In this document: positions 24,236 through 34,221 of the stretch, piece by piece | Layout of the letters: each line of letters starts with the position of its first letter | Position numbering within the stretch: position 1 is the stretch's first letter | DNA from: Candidatus Methanospirareceae archaeon | Lineage (GTDB): Archaea > Halobacteriota > Syntropharchaeia > Alkanophagales > Methanospirareceae | Assembly (NCBI GenBank): GCA_049975405.1 | Contig: JBNGDK010000001.1 | Span: forward strand, 38,593 to 102,592 | Direction: 5' to 3' | DNA: 64,000 nt | Program-made: the position numbers and the translations under genes | The notes under the pieces: model-generated | Database searches by the model: none | What the model was told of the DNA's origin: nothing | The model's input: the letters and a program-made list of their open reading frames with translations, nothing else

Positions 24236-24243
24236 ATTGGCCC

Positions 24244-25101
24244 TTACTGATAGAGCTCCTTCCGTCGCGCCTCCAGCATATCGACCTCGCGTCCGAGATA
24301 TTCAGCAGCCGTTGTTACGGTTACCTTTTCAGCAGCAGCGCTCGCGTACGCATCAGCTATTCGTTCCTTATATTTCAGGTCGCGCATGAAATGGTGCTCT
24401 ATCAGAATTTCCTGGACAGAGGTCTCCGTTATAATTCGGGTGATATACTCGATCGAGCGTTCCAGGCTCTGCTGCGAATAGCGGAATCCGAGCAGATAGG
24501 TCATCGGACCATCCAGTATGAGCATATCAGGCTCTTTCTGCAGGATGAATTTTGCCTGCTCCGCTAACGCGGGCCCTTCAACATCGCTCGTAAAGACCAG
24601 CTTCTCACCACCGCACGCAATGCTCACCTCGACCACGTAGCCGAGCTTGGCGTTCGTGCCATGAAAGACCGCCGGTGAGAATCTGATGGTGGTCGAGCCG
24701 TGCTTGAATTCGTTCCCGTCCGCGAACTCGATGGTTTGGGGCAGGTCAGCGAGCTGCTCCAAAAAGAACGCCGCGCGTCCGCGTTGACTCCGGTTGATCC
24801 GCTCCTCAGGATGCTTGAGATACACGACCTTACCATCATAGAGCTCAGGCGCGTAGGGGTCATGATGATCGTAATGATAATGGGTGACGATGAGAACGTC
24901 GCTCAGAGCGGCATGCGCCGTGATCTCGTCCCAGCACGCGGTCATCCGCTGCTCCTCCACGGGATGCGGCGGTAACCCATACCGGATGGGGGCCAAGGAA
25001 ACGCCAGGATCAATAAGCACCGCGAGGTCGTCCGTCTCAACGAAGGTCGCCATGGAGCGAACCCCTAAACTCTCAAATGCGAGCGGCTTGACCGTCAGCA
25101 T
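24244..25101 (-). CDS. MBL-fold metallo-hydrolase
   Basis: HxHxDH motif (THYHYDHHD). Start trimmed to the internal Met (MLTVKPLAFE...) to remove the divergent overlap with the next gene. Confidence 0.6.
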   Translation of the reverse strand: MLTVKPLAFESLGVRSMATFVETDDLAVLIDPGVSLAPIRYGLPPHPVEEQRMTACWDEITAHAALSDVLIVTHYHYDHHDPYAPELYDGKVVYLKHPEERINRSQRGRAAFFLEQLADLPQTIEFADGNEFKHGSTTIRFSPAVFHGTNAKLGYVVEVSIACGGEKLVFTSDVEGPALAEQAKFILQKEPDMLILDGPMTYLLGFRYSQQSLERSIEYITRIITETSVQEILIEHHFMRDLKYKERIADAYASAAAEKVTVTTAAEYLGREVDMLEARRKELYQ

Positions 25102-25178
25102 GGTACTGCTCACTATACTGAAAGACGATCCTGTCCTGCTTAAATTTATAAGCCTACCGCGCTTCTTCCTATAGGAAC

Positions 25179-27521
25179 ATGAAGCCAAATCCTTCGCGCT
25201 CTTGCTGGGTTTTGGTCTTTGCAGTTCTCTGCTCTATCTGTTTCAGCGGCTGCCTCGAGCCCACTCCAACAGAACCGGAAGAGACAATGGCAACCTTACA
25301 AACCGCTGCGATTGATCTGTCGAGCGCGGAAGCGACGGCGAAGACGCGATTCATCGAATATTATTCGTTACCTGCGCTGAATATCAGTTTACAGACCGCG
25401 CAGTACAGTCTACCGCTCGATACCGATAAGGTCAGTAACTACCGCGAGTTCTCGCGTACAATCTCACTGGATGAAGCTGCTATACAACTCTTGGAGACAA
25501 ACGGGTTCGTCGTCATCGATTATCCGTTCAACGCACATGAGGAGGATATAACAACACCATATACCACCCTAAAGGATCGCGAGATACCGATCTTCATCAC
25601 CGCCGATTCGCTCCTGCATCTCTATCATATCCAGTTCGATGAAACGCTGCGGCAGATCGAGGAGCGCGAATTTTACGACCTCATCTGGGAGATCAGCCGT
25701 GAGCTGTTGAACGAGTCTGTAGCTGATTATAACCGGTACGACGGCGAGCTGAAGGAAGCTGCACGCAGGAATACGGCCTACTTCGCGGTCGGTTTGAGCC
25801 TGTTGCAGCCACGGGAGGATCAGCTCTGTACCGACGGCTGGGAATGTCGGGATCCCGGGCTGGCGAGCGCGTATTTCACCTCAGAGGAGTTGGTGATCTA
25901 TAGTTTCGAGGTACCGGATTTTGTGAAGGCTGAGGTTGAGGCGGAATTAGCGCTGATCGAGACCCACGCTGGCTTAGAGACGTCACCGATCTTCAGGTAT
26001 GCAGAGGATTACTCGCAATACGTGCCGCGGGGGCATTACACGCGGAGCGAGAAGCTGAAGAATTATTTCAAAGCGTTCATGTGGTACGGCCGTCTCAGTT
26101 TCTTGCTGAAAGGCCGTCCGGAAGGATTGGTCGCGGAAGAAGACGCCAGACTACAGACGATGGGCGCGGCGCTCATTACAACGCACTTAGAGCAGCAGCC
26201 GGCGTTACAGGCAAAGTGGGATCGGATTTATGCCGTCACTGCGTTCTACGTTGGACTCTCCGACGACCTGGGCCCCTATGAGTACCGGGAGGCCTTGAAT
26301 TCCGTGTTCACCGGAACGTTCGAGCCGACCATGCTCACCGAAGAGCGCGTGAAGGACTTGAAGACGAAGCTCGCTGAGTATCGTTCGCCTGAAATCTACG
26401 GTGGCACGGGCGATTGCGTGATTCCACCGCCGTTCACACCGGAACAGGCCGATGAGTGCCTGGAGGCCACCAAAGGATTCCGGTTGATGGGCCAGCGGTT
26501 CATTCCTGATTCCTACATGTTCTCGAATCTGGTTGGTACGTATACAGATATCTATCAGGGCGATCGAGAGCCGAAACCGTTTACGTACGTAGTTTCAGGC
26601 GCGGGCCGCCCGATACGGGGATTCCCGCGCGGTCTGGACGTCATAGCGCTCTTGGGCGCTGCTCGCGCACGGGCGCTCCTGGACGAGCTGGATGATTCCA
26701 ATTATAAAGGGTACGTTGCGGCGTATAGCGACTTAGCGGCGGAATTCCAGAACTTCAGCGACGCTGACTGGAACCAGAATTTATACTGGAGCTGGCTCTT
26801 CACGCTCCAGCCACTCTTAAAAACGTACGGCACCGGCTATCCGACTTTTATGCAGTCCACAGCATGGCAGGACAAAGCGCTCACCACCGCGCTCGCCTCA
26901 TGGACCGAGCTGCGGCACGATACCATACTCTACGCGAAACAGAGCTATACCATGGTGGAATCCGCGATGCCGATGCCAACGCCGGAGAAAGAGGTGGTCG
27001 GCTATATCGAGCCGGCGCCTGAGTTTTACAACCGGTTGCTGGCACTGACCCGGATGACCACGGACGGCCTGGAGAGCATGGATGTGCTGGACGAACCGGC
27101 GAAGTACCGGTTAGAGCGGTTAGAGACGATTTTGGAGCGTCTGGTGGTCTTATCTGGGAAGGAGCTGGCGAACGAGGAATTGACCGAGGCTGATTACCAG
27201 TTCATCGAGAACTTCGGCGACGAGTTGAACGACGTGATCGCGGAGGTCGATGAGAAGGCGAAGAAGACCACGATCGTCGCGGACGTCCACACGGAAGGGA
27301 ACACCGGGCAGGTGCTCGAGGAAGGGGTCGGGTACGTCGATCTGATAGTCGTGGCCTACAAGGTTCCCGACGGGCGAATACTAATCGGTGCGGGCCCTGT
27401 GCTGAGCTATTACGAGTTCAAGCAGCCCATGCAGAACCGGCTAGCAGACGAGCAGTGGCGTGAGTTGCTCCAGGATGAGCCACCCGCGCGGCCGGAATGG
27501 TACGTTAATTTCGCCCGGTAA
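25179..27521 (+). CDS. Large secreted lipoprotein-like protein of unknown function
   Basis: 780 aa. N-terminal signal with lipobox-like Cys (LCSICFSGCLEP). No catalytic motif recognised. Confidence 0.5.
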   Translation: MKPNPSRSCWVLVFAVLCSICFSGCLEPTPTEPEETMATLQTAAIDLSSAEATAKTRFIEYYSLPALNISLQTAQYSLPLDTDKVSNYREFSRTISLDEAAIQLLETNGFVVIDYPFNAHEEDITTPYTTLKDREIPIFITADSLLHLYHIQFDETLRQIEEREFYDLIWEISRELLNESVADYNRYDGELKEAARRNTAYFAVGLSLLQPREDQLCTDGWECRDPGLASAYFTSEELVIYSFEVPDFVKAEVEAELALIETHAGLETSPIFRYAEDYSQYVPRGHYTRSEKLKNYFKAFMWYGRLSFLLKGRPEGLVAEEDARLQTMGAALITTHLEQQPALQAKWDRIYAVTAFYVGLSDDLGPYEYREALNSVFTGTFEPTMLTEERVKDLKTKLAEYRSPEIYGGTGDCVIPPPFTPEQADECLEATKGFRLMGQRFIPDSYMFSNLVGTYTDIYQGDREPKPFTYVVSGAGRPIRGFPRGLDVIALLGAARARALLDELDDSNYKGYVAAYSDLAAEFQNFSDADWNQNLYWSWLFTLQPLLKTYGTGYPTFMQSTAWQDKALTTALASWTELRHDTILYAKQSYTMVESAMPMPTPEKEVVGYIEPAPEFYNRLLALTRMTTDGLESMDVLDEPAKYRLERLETILERLVVLSGKELANEELTEADYQFIENFGDELNDVIAEVDEKAKKTTIVADVHTEGNTGQVLEEGVGYVDLIVVAYKVPDGRILIGAGPVLSYYEFKQPMQNRLADEQWRELLQDEPPARPEWYVNFAR

Positions 27522-27667
27522 AGCTCGAATCATCTGAACGATCGAAGAAAACAAAGGGCACTATTTATCTTATTTGAAGACCATACGGCTACAACAGGAA
27601 GCGTTCTAATACTCTGAAAGCGTTAGCTCCTGTAGCCAAAATAAACGGTGTGAGGATATAAACCAGC

Positions 27668-28732
27668 ATGCCTCAGCCTATCACGAAACGGTCGAAGAAG
27701 AGTGGACTGCCACCGGGCACGCTCATTCATATCGGCGAGCGGAAGACCGAGAAGGTACGTATTACGCTCATTGATTATGATGAAGAGCAGTTAGAGGAGC
27801 GTGAAGTAGAACGGGTCGAAGAGGTCTTTACCTTTAACCAGCGGCCCACAGTCACCTGGATCAACATTGATGGTATCCATGATGTAGAGCTGATGAAAGC
27901 GGTCGGGCAGCATTTCGGCGTTCATCCACTCCTCCTAGAGGACATTCTGAACACTGAGCAGCGTCCCAAGATGGATGATTACGAGTCATACCTCTTCCTC
28001 GTCCTAAAGATGCTCTATTATAACGGGGAAGAGCGCGAGATCGAGGCCGAGCAGGTGAGCTTGATACTTGGTTCGACCTTCGTTATCTCCTTCCAGGAAC
28101 GCGAGGGCGACGTCTTCAATTTCGTGCGTGACCGCATCAGGAACAAGAAAGGGCGGATACGAAAGGCGGGTCCCGATTATCTTGCCTACGCATTGATCGA
28201 TGCGATCGTGGATAACTATTTCATGATCCTGGAGAAGATCGGGGAGGTGATTGAGGATACCGAGGAGGAACTGGTGACCAATCCGACGCCAGAGACGATA
28301 CGCACCATCCACGGCCTCAAACGGAGCATGATCTTCCTCCGGAAGTCCGTCTGGCCGCTTCGTGAGGTCCTCAGCGGCCTTGAACGTCTTGAATCACCGC
28401 TCATTCAGGAGCCCACCGACATTTATCTCCGCGATCTCTACGACCACACCATCCAGGTGATCGACACCGTCGAGAATTTCCGCGATATGATCGCCGGGAT
28501 GCTCGATATTTACCTCTCCAGCCTCAGCAACAAGATGAACGAGATCATGAAGGTGCTGACCATCATCGCCACGATCTTTATCCCATTGACGTTTATAGCG
28601 GGCATCTACGGCATGAATTTCGAATACATGCCCGAGCTCGGCTGGCGCTGGGGCTACCCTGCTGTTTGGATTGTGATAGTTGCGATTTGCGCTACGATGG
28701 TTCTTTACTTCAGACGAAGAGGATGGTTGTGA
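27668..28732 (+). CDS. corA: Magnesium/cobalt transporter CorA
   Basis: 354 aa. C-terminal two TM helices with the YGMNFEYMPEL (GMN) signature. Confidence 0.9.
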   Translation: MPQPITKRSKKSGLPPGTLIHIGERKTEKVRITLIDYDEEQLEEREVERVEEVFTFNQRPTVTWINIDGIHDVELMKAVGQHFGVHPLLLEDILNTEQRPKMDDYESYLFLVLKMLYYNGEEREIEAEQVSLILGSTFVISFQEREGDVFNFVRDRIRNKKGRIRKAGPDYLAYALIDAIVDNYFMILEKIGEVIEDTEEELVTNPTPETIRTIHGLKRSMIFLRKSVWPLREVLSGLERLESPLIQEPTDIYLRDLYDHTIQVIDTVENFRDMIAGMLDIYLSSLSNKMNEIMKVLTIIATIFIPLTFIAGIYGMNFEYMPELGWRWGYPAVWIVIVAICATMVLYFRRRGWL

Positions 28733-28798
28733 ATGCATAAAACAATAGATGGGAGCAAATTATCTGAGCCCAAACTGCTTAAAGAAGGAAGTGAGGCC

Positions 28799-29112
28799 AT
28801 GAGGATACAAGGCATTTTTGAAGAATTCAAGAAGGAACTTGAGAAATTATATGGTGCAAGATTGAAGCAAGTTATTCTTTACGGCTAATGGGCACGAGGA
28901 GATGCTGCTGCGGATTCTGATATTGACTTACTCGTTGTTCTTGAGGGTGAAATCAGTCCTGGTGCAGAGATTGATCGGATGATCGATATAATTACAGGAA
29001 TCAACCTAAAATATGATTTATTACTTTTCATTTATCCAATATCTGAGCGGGATTATTCCGCTATACCGAGCCTATTGCTCCTTAACGTACGCAGGGAAGG
29101 GATACCAGCGTG
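28799..29112 (+). pseudogene. Minimal nucleotidyltransferase (MNT, Pol-beta superfamily) antitoxin gene interrupted by an in-frame TAA
   Basis: MRIQGIFEEF...ILYG*WARGDAADSDIDLLVVLEG. The stop replaces the conserved Ser of the GS...D.D motif at 28886-28888. The region is low in GC. Confidence 0.6.
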
Positions 29113-29193
29113 AAGGAAATAAATTCGCTGCTCGAAAGGACAAATAGATATCTCAGAAGCGCGGAATTACTTCTCGTATCTCTAAGTGGCTAG
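29109..29193 (+). pseudogene. Truncated HEPN-domain toxin gene remnant (start overlaps MNT stop, GTGA)
   Basis: VKEINSLLERTNRYLRSAELLLVS* is a HEPN N-terminal helix pattern. It ends after 28 codons where the vapC 3' end begins. Confidence 0.35.
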
Positions 29194-29565
29194 AAACAGC
29201 TTCAAGCCGAAATCGCAGAACCGTTCAAAATGCACGTTGTTCAGCGTGGCGAGCCGCGCATCTCGGTTGATGCACATGGCTGCAATCATCGCGTCAAACC
29301 TTCCAGCGGGCTTGCCCCGCTTCTCCACTTCCACTTCAAGCTTTGCTGAGCGTAGCGCATCGCGCCGTGTAAAGTCCACGATCGTAAACTCCAGCAGCTC
29401 ATCCAATGTCTTTTTCCTCACCTTATAAAAACCGTACAAAATTTCATGAAGGTTAATCGAGGTGGTAGCGATCTCGTATCCCTCTATTTTTGCCAGTATC
29501 TCCGCACCTACTGCGGATTCCTTATCGAAGATCTCGATGAGGACATCACTATCCAGGACGATCAT
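29182..29565 (-). CDS. vapC: PIN-domain ribonuclease toxin VapC
   Basis: Start at the internal Met (MIVLDSDVLIEIF...), giving the PIN N-terminal acidic motif. About 127 aa. Confidence 0.8.
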   Translation of the reverse strand: MIVLDSDVLIEIFDKESAVGAEILAKIEGYEIATTSINLHEILYGFYKVRKKTLDELLEFTIVDFTRRDALRSAKLEVEVEKRGKPAGRFDAMIAAMCINRDARLATLNNVHFERFCDFGLKLFLAT

Positions 29566-29806
29566 CAAAAGCTCGTTTTTCCCCCCGTTTCGCGTATATC
29601 TCCTTGAGAATAATATCCTTTTCTGCACTGCGGAGTTCGAGCGTTTTCCGTAAATTCTTCAGCAATTCGATATTTTTTCTTTCCTCTTTCCCTTCACCCA
29701 GCAGGTGCTCCAGGAAATCATTGAGTGACGCATCCCCTTTCAGGGCACGCAATTTCTCATACAAATCGTCCCGTATTGTTATCGTCTTCGACATGGTTCC
29801 TGTCAC
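29549..29806 (-). CDS. vapB: VapB-like antitoxin (RHH/CopG-type)
   Basis: 85 aa (MSKTITIRDDLYEKLRALKG...). It overlaps the vapC start by 17 nt. Confidence 0.6.
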   Translation of the reverse strand: MTGTMSKTITIRDDLYEKLRALKGDASLNDFLEHLLGEGKEERKNIELLKNLRKTLELRSAEKDIILKEIYAKRGEKRAFDDRPG

Positions 29807-29899
29807 TTTTAATAAGATCTTCTCGTTTTAAATTTTGCCTGTTCACCAAAAATGTTTTCCAGAGATGTTTTTCAGAGATGAAAATACCACTGCGCACCA

Positions 29900-31084
29900 T
29901 CAAAACATCGTCTTCACGAGGCTCATAAGAATCCTGGGATTCTTCATAATGAGCGTCTTCAGAAACGCGCGTTCACTGTACTCTTTCAGTTTGATCTCGC
30001 CGCGAAGGGGCTGGAAGAACTTTGTCAGCTCCTGCTCGTTCAGATTCAGCACGATGTTCTTCGCCTTCAAGCCCACCTCGAGTACCCGCCCGAATTCGCG
30101 TTTCCACCGCTTCTCATATTCCCGTAACCGCTTCTTCGAGACGTTCTGCTCCTTCACCGCCTTCGCAATAACTTCGCCGGCGATTCTGCCGCCCTGGACC
30201 GCCTGCAGAATCCCTCCGCCCGTGATCGGCTGCACGTGCCGTGCCGCATCACCCACTAAAACTACACCGTTCGCAACGGTCTCGTAAACGGGCCCGCTTA
30301 GAGGCACCACACCATAGATCTCCGCCAGCACCTTCCCGTCCGGGAACCGCTGATTGACAAAGGAGCGCAGATAATCGCTTGCGCGATGGCCCTCACCAGA
30401 GACATCACCACCGATCCCCAGGCCGACGTTCGCGCAGCGTTTGCCTTTCGGGAATATCCAGAGATAGCCCTTTGGCGCGATTCCACGGCCGAAGTACGTA
30501 TCCAAATAATGTTCGTTCACATCGATATCGCTCATAAGGAACTCCGCACACGTGCACACATCCGACAGGGACAATCGCGTATCGATTCCCGCCCAGCGAC
30601 CCACACGTGACTCCACACCGTCCGCACCGACCACAACATCCGCACGAATACACCGTTCCTCGTCCGGCGTTCGCACGCACACGCCCGTTACAGTGTCCTT
30701 CTCATGAACAAGGCCATAAGCCTGCGTCTTCACCCGCACGTCGGCACCCGCACGCGCCGCCTGCTGCGCCAGATGCTTGTCAAAGAGCCGCCGCTCCAGC
30801 ACGTAACCAGCAACATCGGAGCCATCAACCGAGAGCGAGACCGCCGTACCGTCCGGACCATAGGTGGAAATCCCTTTGACCTCCGTGCAGATCCACCGCG
30901 GATCAATCTCTACATACCGCTTAATCTCCCTGCTCACGCCCTCCGCGCACCTTACCGGCACGCCGATCTCCGCGTTGCGTTCGATGAGCAGCACGTCCAG
31001 ACCGTTCTCCGCCGCTGTTCGTGCCGTTACGCTCCCTGCAGGGCCTGCACCAACCACAACAACGTCATAAGACTCCGCGATCAT
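29900..31084 (-). CDS. Geranylgeranyl reductase (digeranylgeranylglycerophospholipid reductase)
   Basis: FAD-binding N-terminus YDVVVVGAGPAGS. 394 aa, typical of archaeal GGR. Confidence 0.9.
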   Translation of the reverse strand: MIAESYDVVVVGAGPAGSVTARTAAENGLDVLLIERNAEIGVPVRCAEGVSREIKRYVEIDPRWICTEVKGISTYGPDGTAVSLSVDGSDVAGYVLERRLFDKHLAQQAARAGADVRVKTQAYGLVHEKDTVTGVCVRTPDEERCIRADVVVGADGVESRVGRWAGIDTRLSLSDVCTCAEFLMSDIDVNEHYLDTYFGRGIAPKGYLWIFPKGKRCANVGLGIGGDVSGEGHRASDYLRSFVNQRFPDGKVLAEIYGVVPLSGPVYETVANGVVLVGDAARHVQPITGGGILQAVQGGRIAGEVIAKAVKEQNVSKKRLREYEKRWKREFGRVLEVGLKAKNIVLNLNEQELTKFFQPLRGEIKLKEYSERAFLKTLIMKNPRILMSLVKTMF

Positions 31085-31212
31085 TCGTTCTCAGTAAGCA
31101 CAGCTTGTGCTACCTTCTTATGGAGTGCTTCAACATACTTAAAGCTATCTTGCAGTAGCCTCTGTAAGAATTGGGAAGACCGTCTACACCTTACTGGTAC
31201 ATTCGAAAAGAA

Positions 31213-32214
31213 ATGACGCTCATCTTGGGCCTCGAAGGCACGGCATGGAACCTCAGCGCGGCACTTGTCGACGAGTCTGACGTACTATCCGAAGCCGTCT
31301 CGACCTATCAGCCGAAATACGGCGGTATTCATCCACGTGAGGCCGCGCAGCATCACGCCACTGAAATAAAAGCGGTTATTGCCCGCGTCTTCCATGAAGC
31401 GCAGGAGATCAACCCTGAGTTCTCCTTGGGCCAGATCGACGGCGTTGCCTTCTCCCAGGGCCCCGGCATGGGTCCCTGTCTTCGTACCGTTTCAACCGCG
31501 GCACGGGCGCTCGCGCTAGCGTTAAAACGACCGTTACTGGGGGTAAATCACTGCATCGCGCATATCGAGGTCGGTCGCTGGCAGTGTAAAACGAACGATC
31601 CGGTGATTTTGTACGTCAGTGGTGCAAACTCGCAGGTGCTTGCTTATCGTGCCGGCTATTACCGGATTTTCGGGGAAACGCTCGATATCGGCATCGGCAA
31701 TGCGCTCGACAAATTCGCCCGACACCTCGGGCTCAGCCATCCCGGCGGCCCGAAGATCGAGGAGCTGGCCTTACAGGGTACGAGCTATATTGAGCTGCCC
31801 TACGTCGTGAAGGGCATGGATCTTTCCTTCTCAGGTCTCACAACGGCTGCAAAGGAGACCGATGATAAAATGCCGGGGACACGAGCTGATATCTGCTATT
31901 CCTTCCAGGAGACTGCATTCGCCATGCTTACGGAAGTTACGGAGCGCGCGATGGGACATCTCGGCAAGGATGAGGTGCTGCTGGCCGGCGGCGTGGGCGC
32001 GAATCGTCGTTTGCAGCAGATGCTCCAGACGATGTGCGAGGATCGCGGCGGACGGTTCTTCGTGCCCGCGAAGAAGTTCCTGGGCGATAACGGGATCATG
32101 ATCGCTTATCTCGGGCTGCTCATGCTCACCAGCGGTTCGATAACGCCGATCGAGCAGTCGCAGGTGCGCCCCAATTACCGCCCCGATGACGTCAAGGTCA
32201 CGTGGCGCGAGTAG
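31213..32214 (+). CDS. kae1: tRNA N6-adenosine threonylcarbamoyltransferase Kae1 (stand-alone, not fused to Bud32)
   Basis: MTLILGLEGTAWNLSAAL plus HCIAHIE metal-binding motifs. Start set at the Met preceding LGLEGTAWN. Confidence 0.9.
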   Translation: MTLILGLEGTAWNLSAALVDESDVLSEAVSTYQPKYGGIHPREAAQHHATEIKAVIARVFHEAQEINPEFSLGQIDGVAFSQGPGMGPCLRTVSTAARALALALKRPLLGVNHCIAHIEVGRWQCKTNDPVILYVSGANSQVLAYRAGYYRIFGETLDIGIGNALDKFARHLGLSHPGGPKIEELALQGTSYIELPYVVKGMDLSFSGLTTAAKETDDKMPGTRADICYSFQETAFAMLTEVTERAMGHLGKDEVLLAGGVGANRRLQQMLQTMCEDRGGRFFVPAKKFLGDNGIMIAYLGLLMLTSGSITPIEQSQVRPNYRPDDVKVTWRE

Positions 32215-32289
32215 CCTGCCAGTCCCGGACAAAAAAGCTTTAAAGGGCATTCAACCTCTTGTATTTTAGACGAGAAGCAGGCAAGCGCA

Positions 32290-33159
32290 ATGAAACGCGA
32301 AGAGGTGCTGATCGAGGCGTTGCCGTACATCCGTGAGTTTTACGGCTCAAAGATCGTGATCAAGATTGGCGGGCATGCATTAGTCGATGAGAGCATCATG
32401 GACAAGATCACGCAGGATTTGGTGTTGCTCCGCTACGTTGGTATCTGCCCCATCGTGGTGCATGGCGGCGGCCCTGAGATTACGCGGTTGATGGAGCGGC
32501 TGGGTAAGAAGCCCACCTTCGTCGGCGGGCTTCGCATTACGGACGATGAAACCATGGAGATCGCGCAGATGGTGCTCGTGGGTAATGTGAATGAGCGTAT
32601 CGTCTCCCTCATTGGCACGCATGGCGGCAAGGGCATCGGGCTCTCGGGCAACGATGGCGCATTGATTGTGGCGAAGAAGAAGCGGAAGCAGAAGGTCGGC
32701 CGCGCGGGCGAGGAGCAGGAGGTAGACCTCGGTTGGGTCGGCGAGATTGAGACGATCAACGCGGAGATCATCAATCTCATGAGCGAGCAGGGCTATATAC
32801 CCGTGATCTCACCCATTGCCGTTGATACCGCGGGTAATAGCCTCAACGTCAATGCCGATTCCGTCGCCGGCGAGATCGCAGCCACGATTAAGGCTAAGAA
32901 GCTGATACTGCTCACCGATGTCCCCGGTGTGCTGAGTGATCCCGACGACCTGACAACCTTGATAGCCCGTACCACGCCCCTTGAGCTCCAGGAGCTCATC
33001 GCCAAGAAACTCATTGGTGCGGGTATGATCCCGAAAGTGGAGGCGGGCCTCCGTGCCGCTGAAGGTGGCGTCACCGCTCATATCATCGACGGCCGCAAGC
33101 CGCACTCGCTCCTGCTCGAGCTCTTCACCGATGAAGGCATCGGTACGATGATCGGCTAA
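32290..33159 (+). CDS. argB: Acetylglutamate kinase (amino-acid kinase family)
   Basis: KIGGHAL and VVHGGGPEI motifs. 289 aa. Confidence 0.8.
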   Translation: MKREEVLIEALPYIREFYGSKIVIKIGGHALVDESIMDKITQDLVLLRYVGICPIVVHGGGPEITRLMERLGKKPTFVGGLRITDDETMEIAQMVLVGNVNERIVSLIGTHGGKGIGLSGNDGALIVAKKKRKQKVGRAGEEQEVDLGWVGEIETINAEIINLMSEQGYIPVISPIAVDTAGNSLNVNADSVAGEIAATIKAKKLILLTDVPGVLSDPDDLTTLIARTTPLELQELIAKKLIGAGMIPKVEAGLRAAEGGVTAHIIDGRKPHSLLLELFTDEGIGTMIG

Positions 33160-33294
33160 ATAAGGGCGCGTTTACTTCGTTCCCGTCTGCACCCCAATTA
33201 TTAGCTATTTGGATAATACATACTACCTTAAAATGGGGGGTATTTATGCCCCGCGCTCCAACTACGGTTTATGAATTGTGAGAGGCAGTAATCC

Positions 33295-34215
33295 ATGAGA
33301 AAAAGAGCGGATTACCTCGGCAGGAAACGTACGCTAATCTTTATTTTCTTTCTTCTAATGGGGATTTCGGCTCTGCCCGTGATGGCGAGCGCGCTTCCTG
33401 ACGAGAGCTGTAGTGGTACTGTGAACGAAGAGCAGCAAGAGATCCTCTGGCAGGGTGACGTGATTCTAACGAACAGAACGACGATCACGGTGACGGCGCA
33501 CAATAGCGGCGTTGAGTATGAGGTGAACGAAACGACTGCGCTCGGGGCATTGGACGCAGCCGCGACCGCCGGCGCGTTCAACTACACGGTGACGGACGAA
33601 TGGGGCTTCCTCTTCGCCGACTCGATCGCGGATGTCGCGCAAGAGGGCTGGAGCGGGTGGATCTACTGGGTGAACTACCCGGCGAAGCCGATGCCGCTGG
33701 TGGGCGCGACCGACCACGCGGTAGAAGATGGCGATGTGGTGACGTGGTACTGGAGCAGCAGCATGGAGATGACACCCGCGGATTCGCCACTGCTCGTGAT
33801 CATCAACGTCTCTGTGACGGAAGATCCAACGTCGCCAACACCAGATCCCACGCTTGAGCCTACGCCAGCGCTATCACCACGCCGCAGTGGCGGAAGGCGT
33901 GAACCACAGGACTCCGATGCCGATGGCTACTCAGACATCAAGGAACTTCTGGCCGAAACCAATCCGAACGATCCCACTGACTACCCGGGCAAAGTGCGTG
34001 CAGAAGTCACCATGACGACACCTGCACCATCCTCAACACCAATGAGCACGCCAGCACTAACACCAACTGCAACGCTGCCACAAACCTCGGTTGCAATAAC
34101 GCCGCCACCCGCATCATCAACCGCAACGCTTCAGGCGCCGGGTTTTGAAGCCATAGCTCTCATCGCCGGGTTGCTCGCCACAGCCTGTATCCTCAAACGA
34201 AAAACGAGCCGGTAA
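33295..34215 (+). CDS. Secreted protein with transcobalamin-like beta-domain (DUF4430-like) and C-terminal PGF-CTERM archaeosortase signal
   Basis: N-terminal signal peptide. GWSGWIYWVN...GDVVTWYW motif resembling DUF4430. Thr/Pro-rich linker. C-terminus ...LQAPGFEAIALIAGLLATACILKRKTSR. Confidence 0.6.
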   Translation: MRKRADYLGRKRTLIFIFFLLMGISALPVMASALPDESCSGTVNEEQQEILWQGDVILTNRTTITVTAHNSGVEYEVNETTALGALDAAATAGAFNYTVTDEWGFLFADSIADVAQEGWSGWIYWVNYPAKPMPLVGATDHAVEDGDVVTWYWSSSMEMTPADSPLLVIINVSVTEDPTSPTPDPTLEPTPALSPRRSGGRREPQDSDADGYSDIKELLAETNPNDPTDYPGKVRAEVTMTTPAPSSTPMSTPALTPTATLPQTSVAITPPPASSTATLQAPGFEAIALIAGLLATACILKRKTSR

Positions 34216-34221
34216 CCAAGA

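Noticed and set aside
25101-25188. Divergent overlap of the MBL hydrolase and lipoprotein start codons (track ORFs 24244-25188 and 25179-27521)
   Set aside because: Two genes cannot both initiate inside each other's 5' ends with shared promoter space. The MBL start is moved to the internal Met at 25101.
28740-29830. Mobile-element hallmarks (integrase, transposase, att repeats) around the low-GC TA island
   Set aside because: None recognised. The island is called only on composition and TA-gene content.
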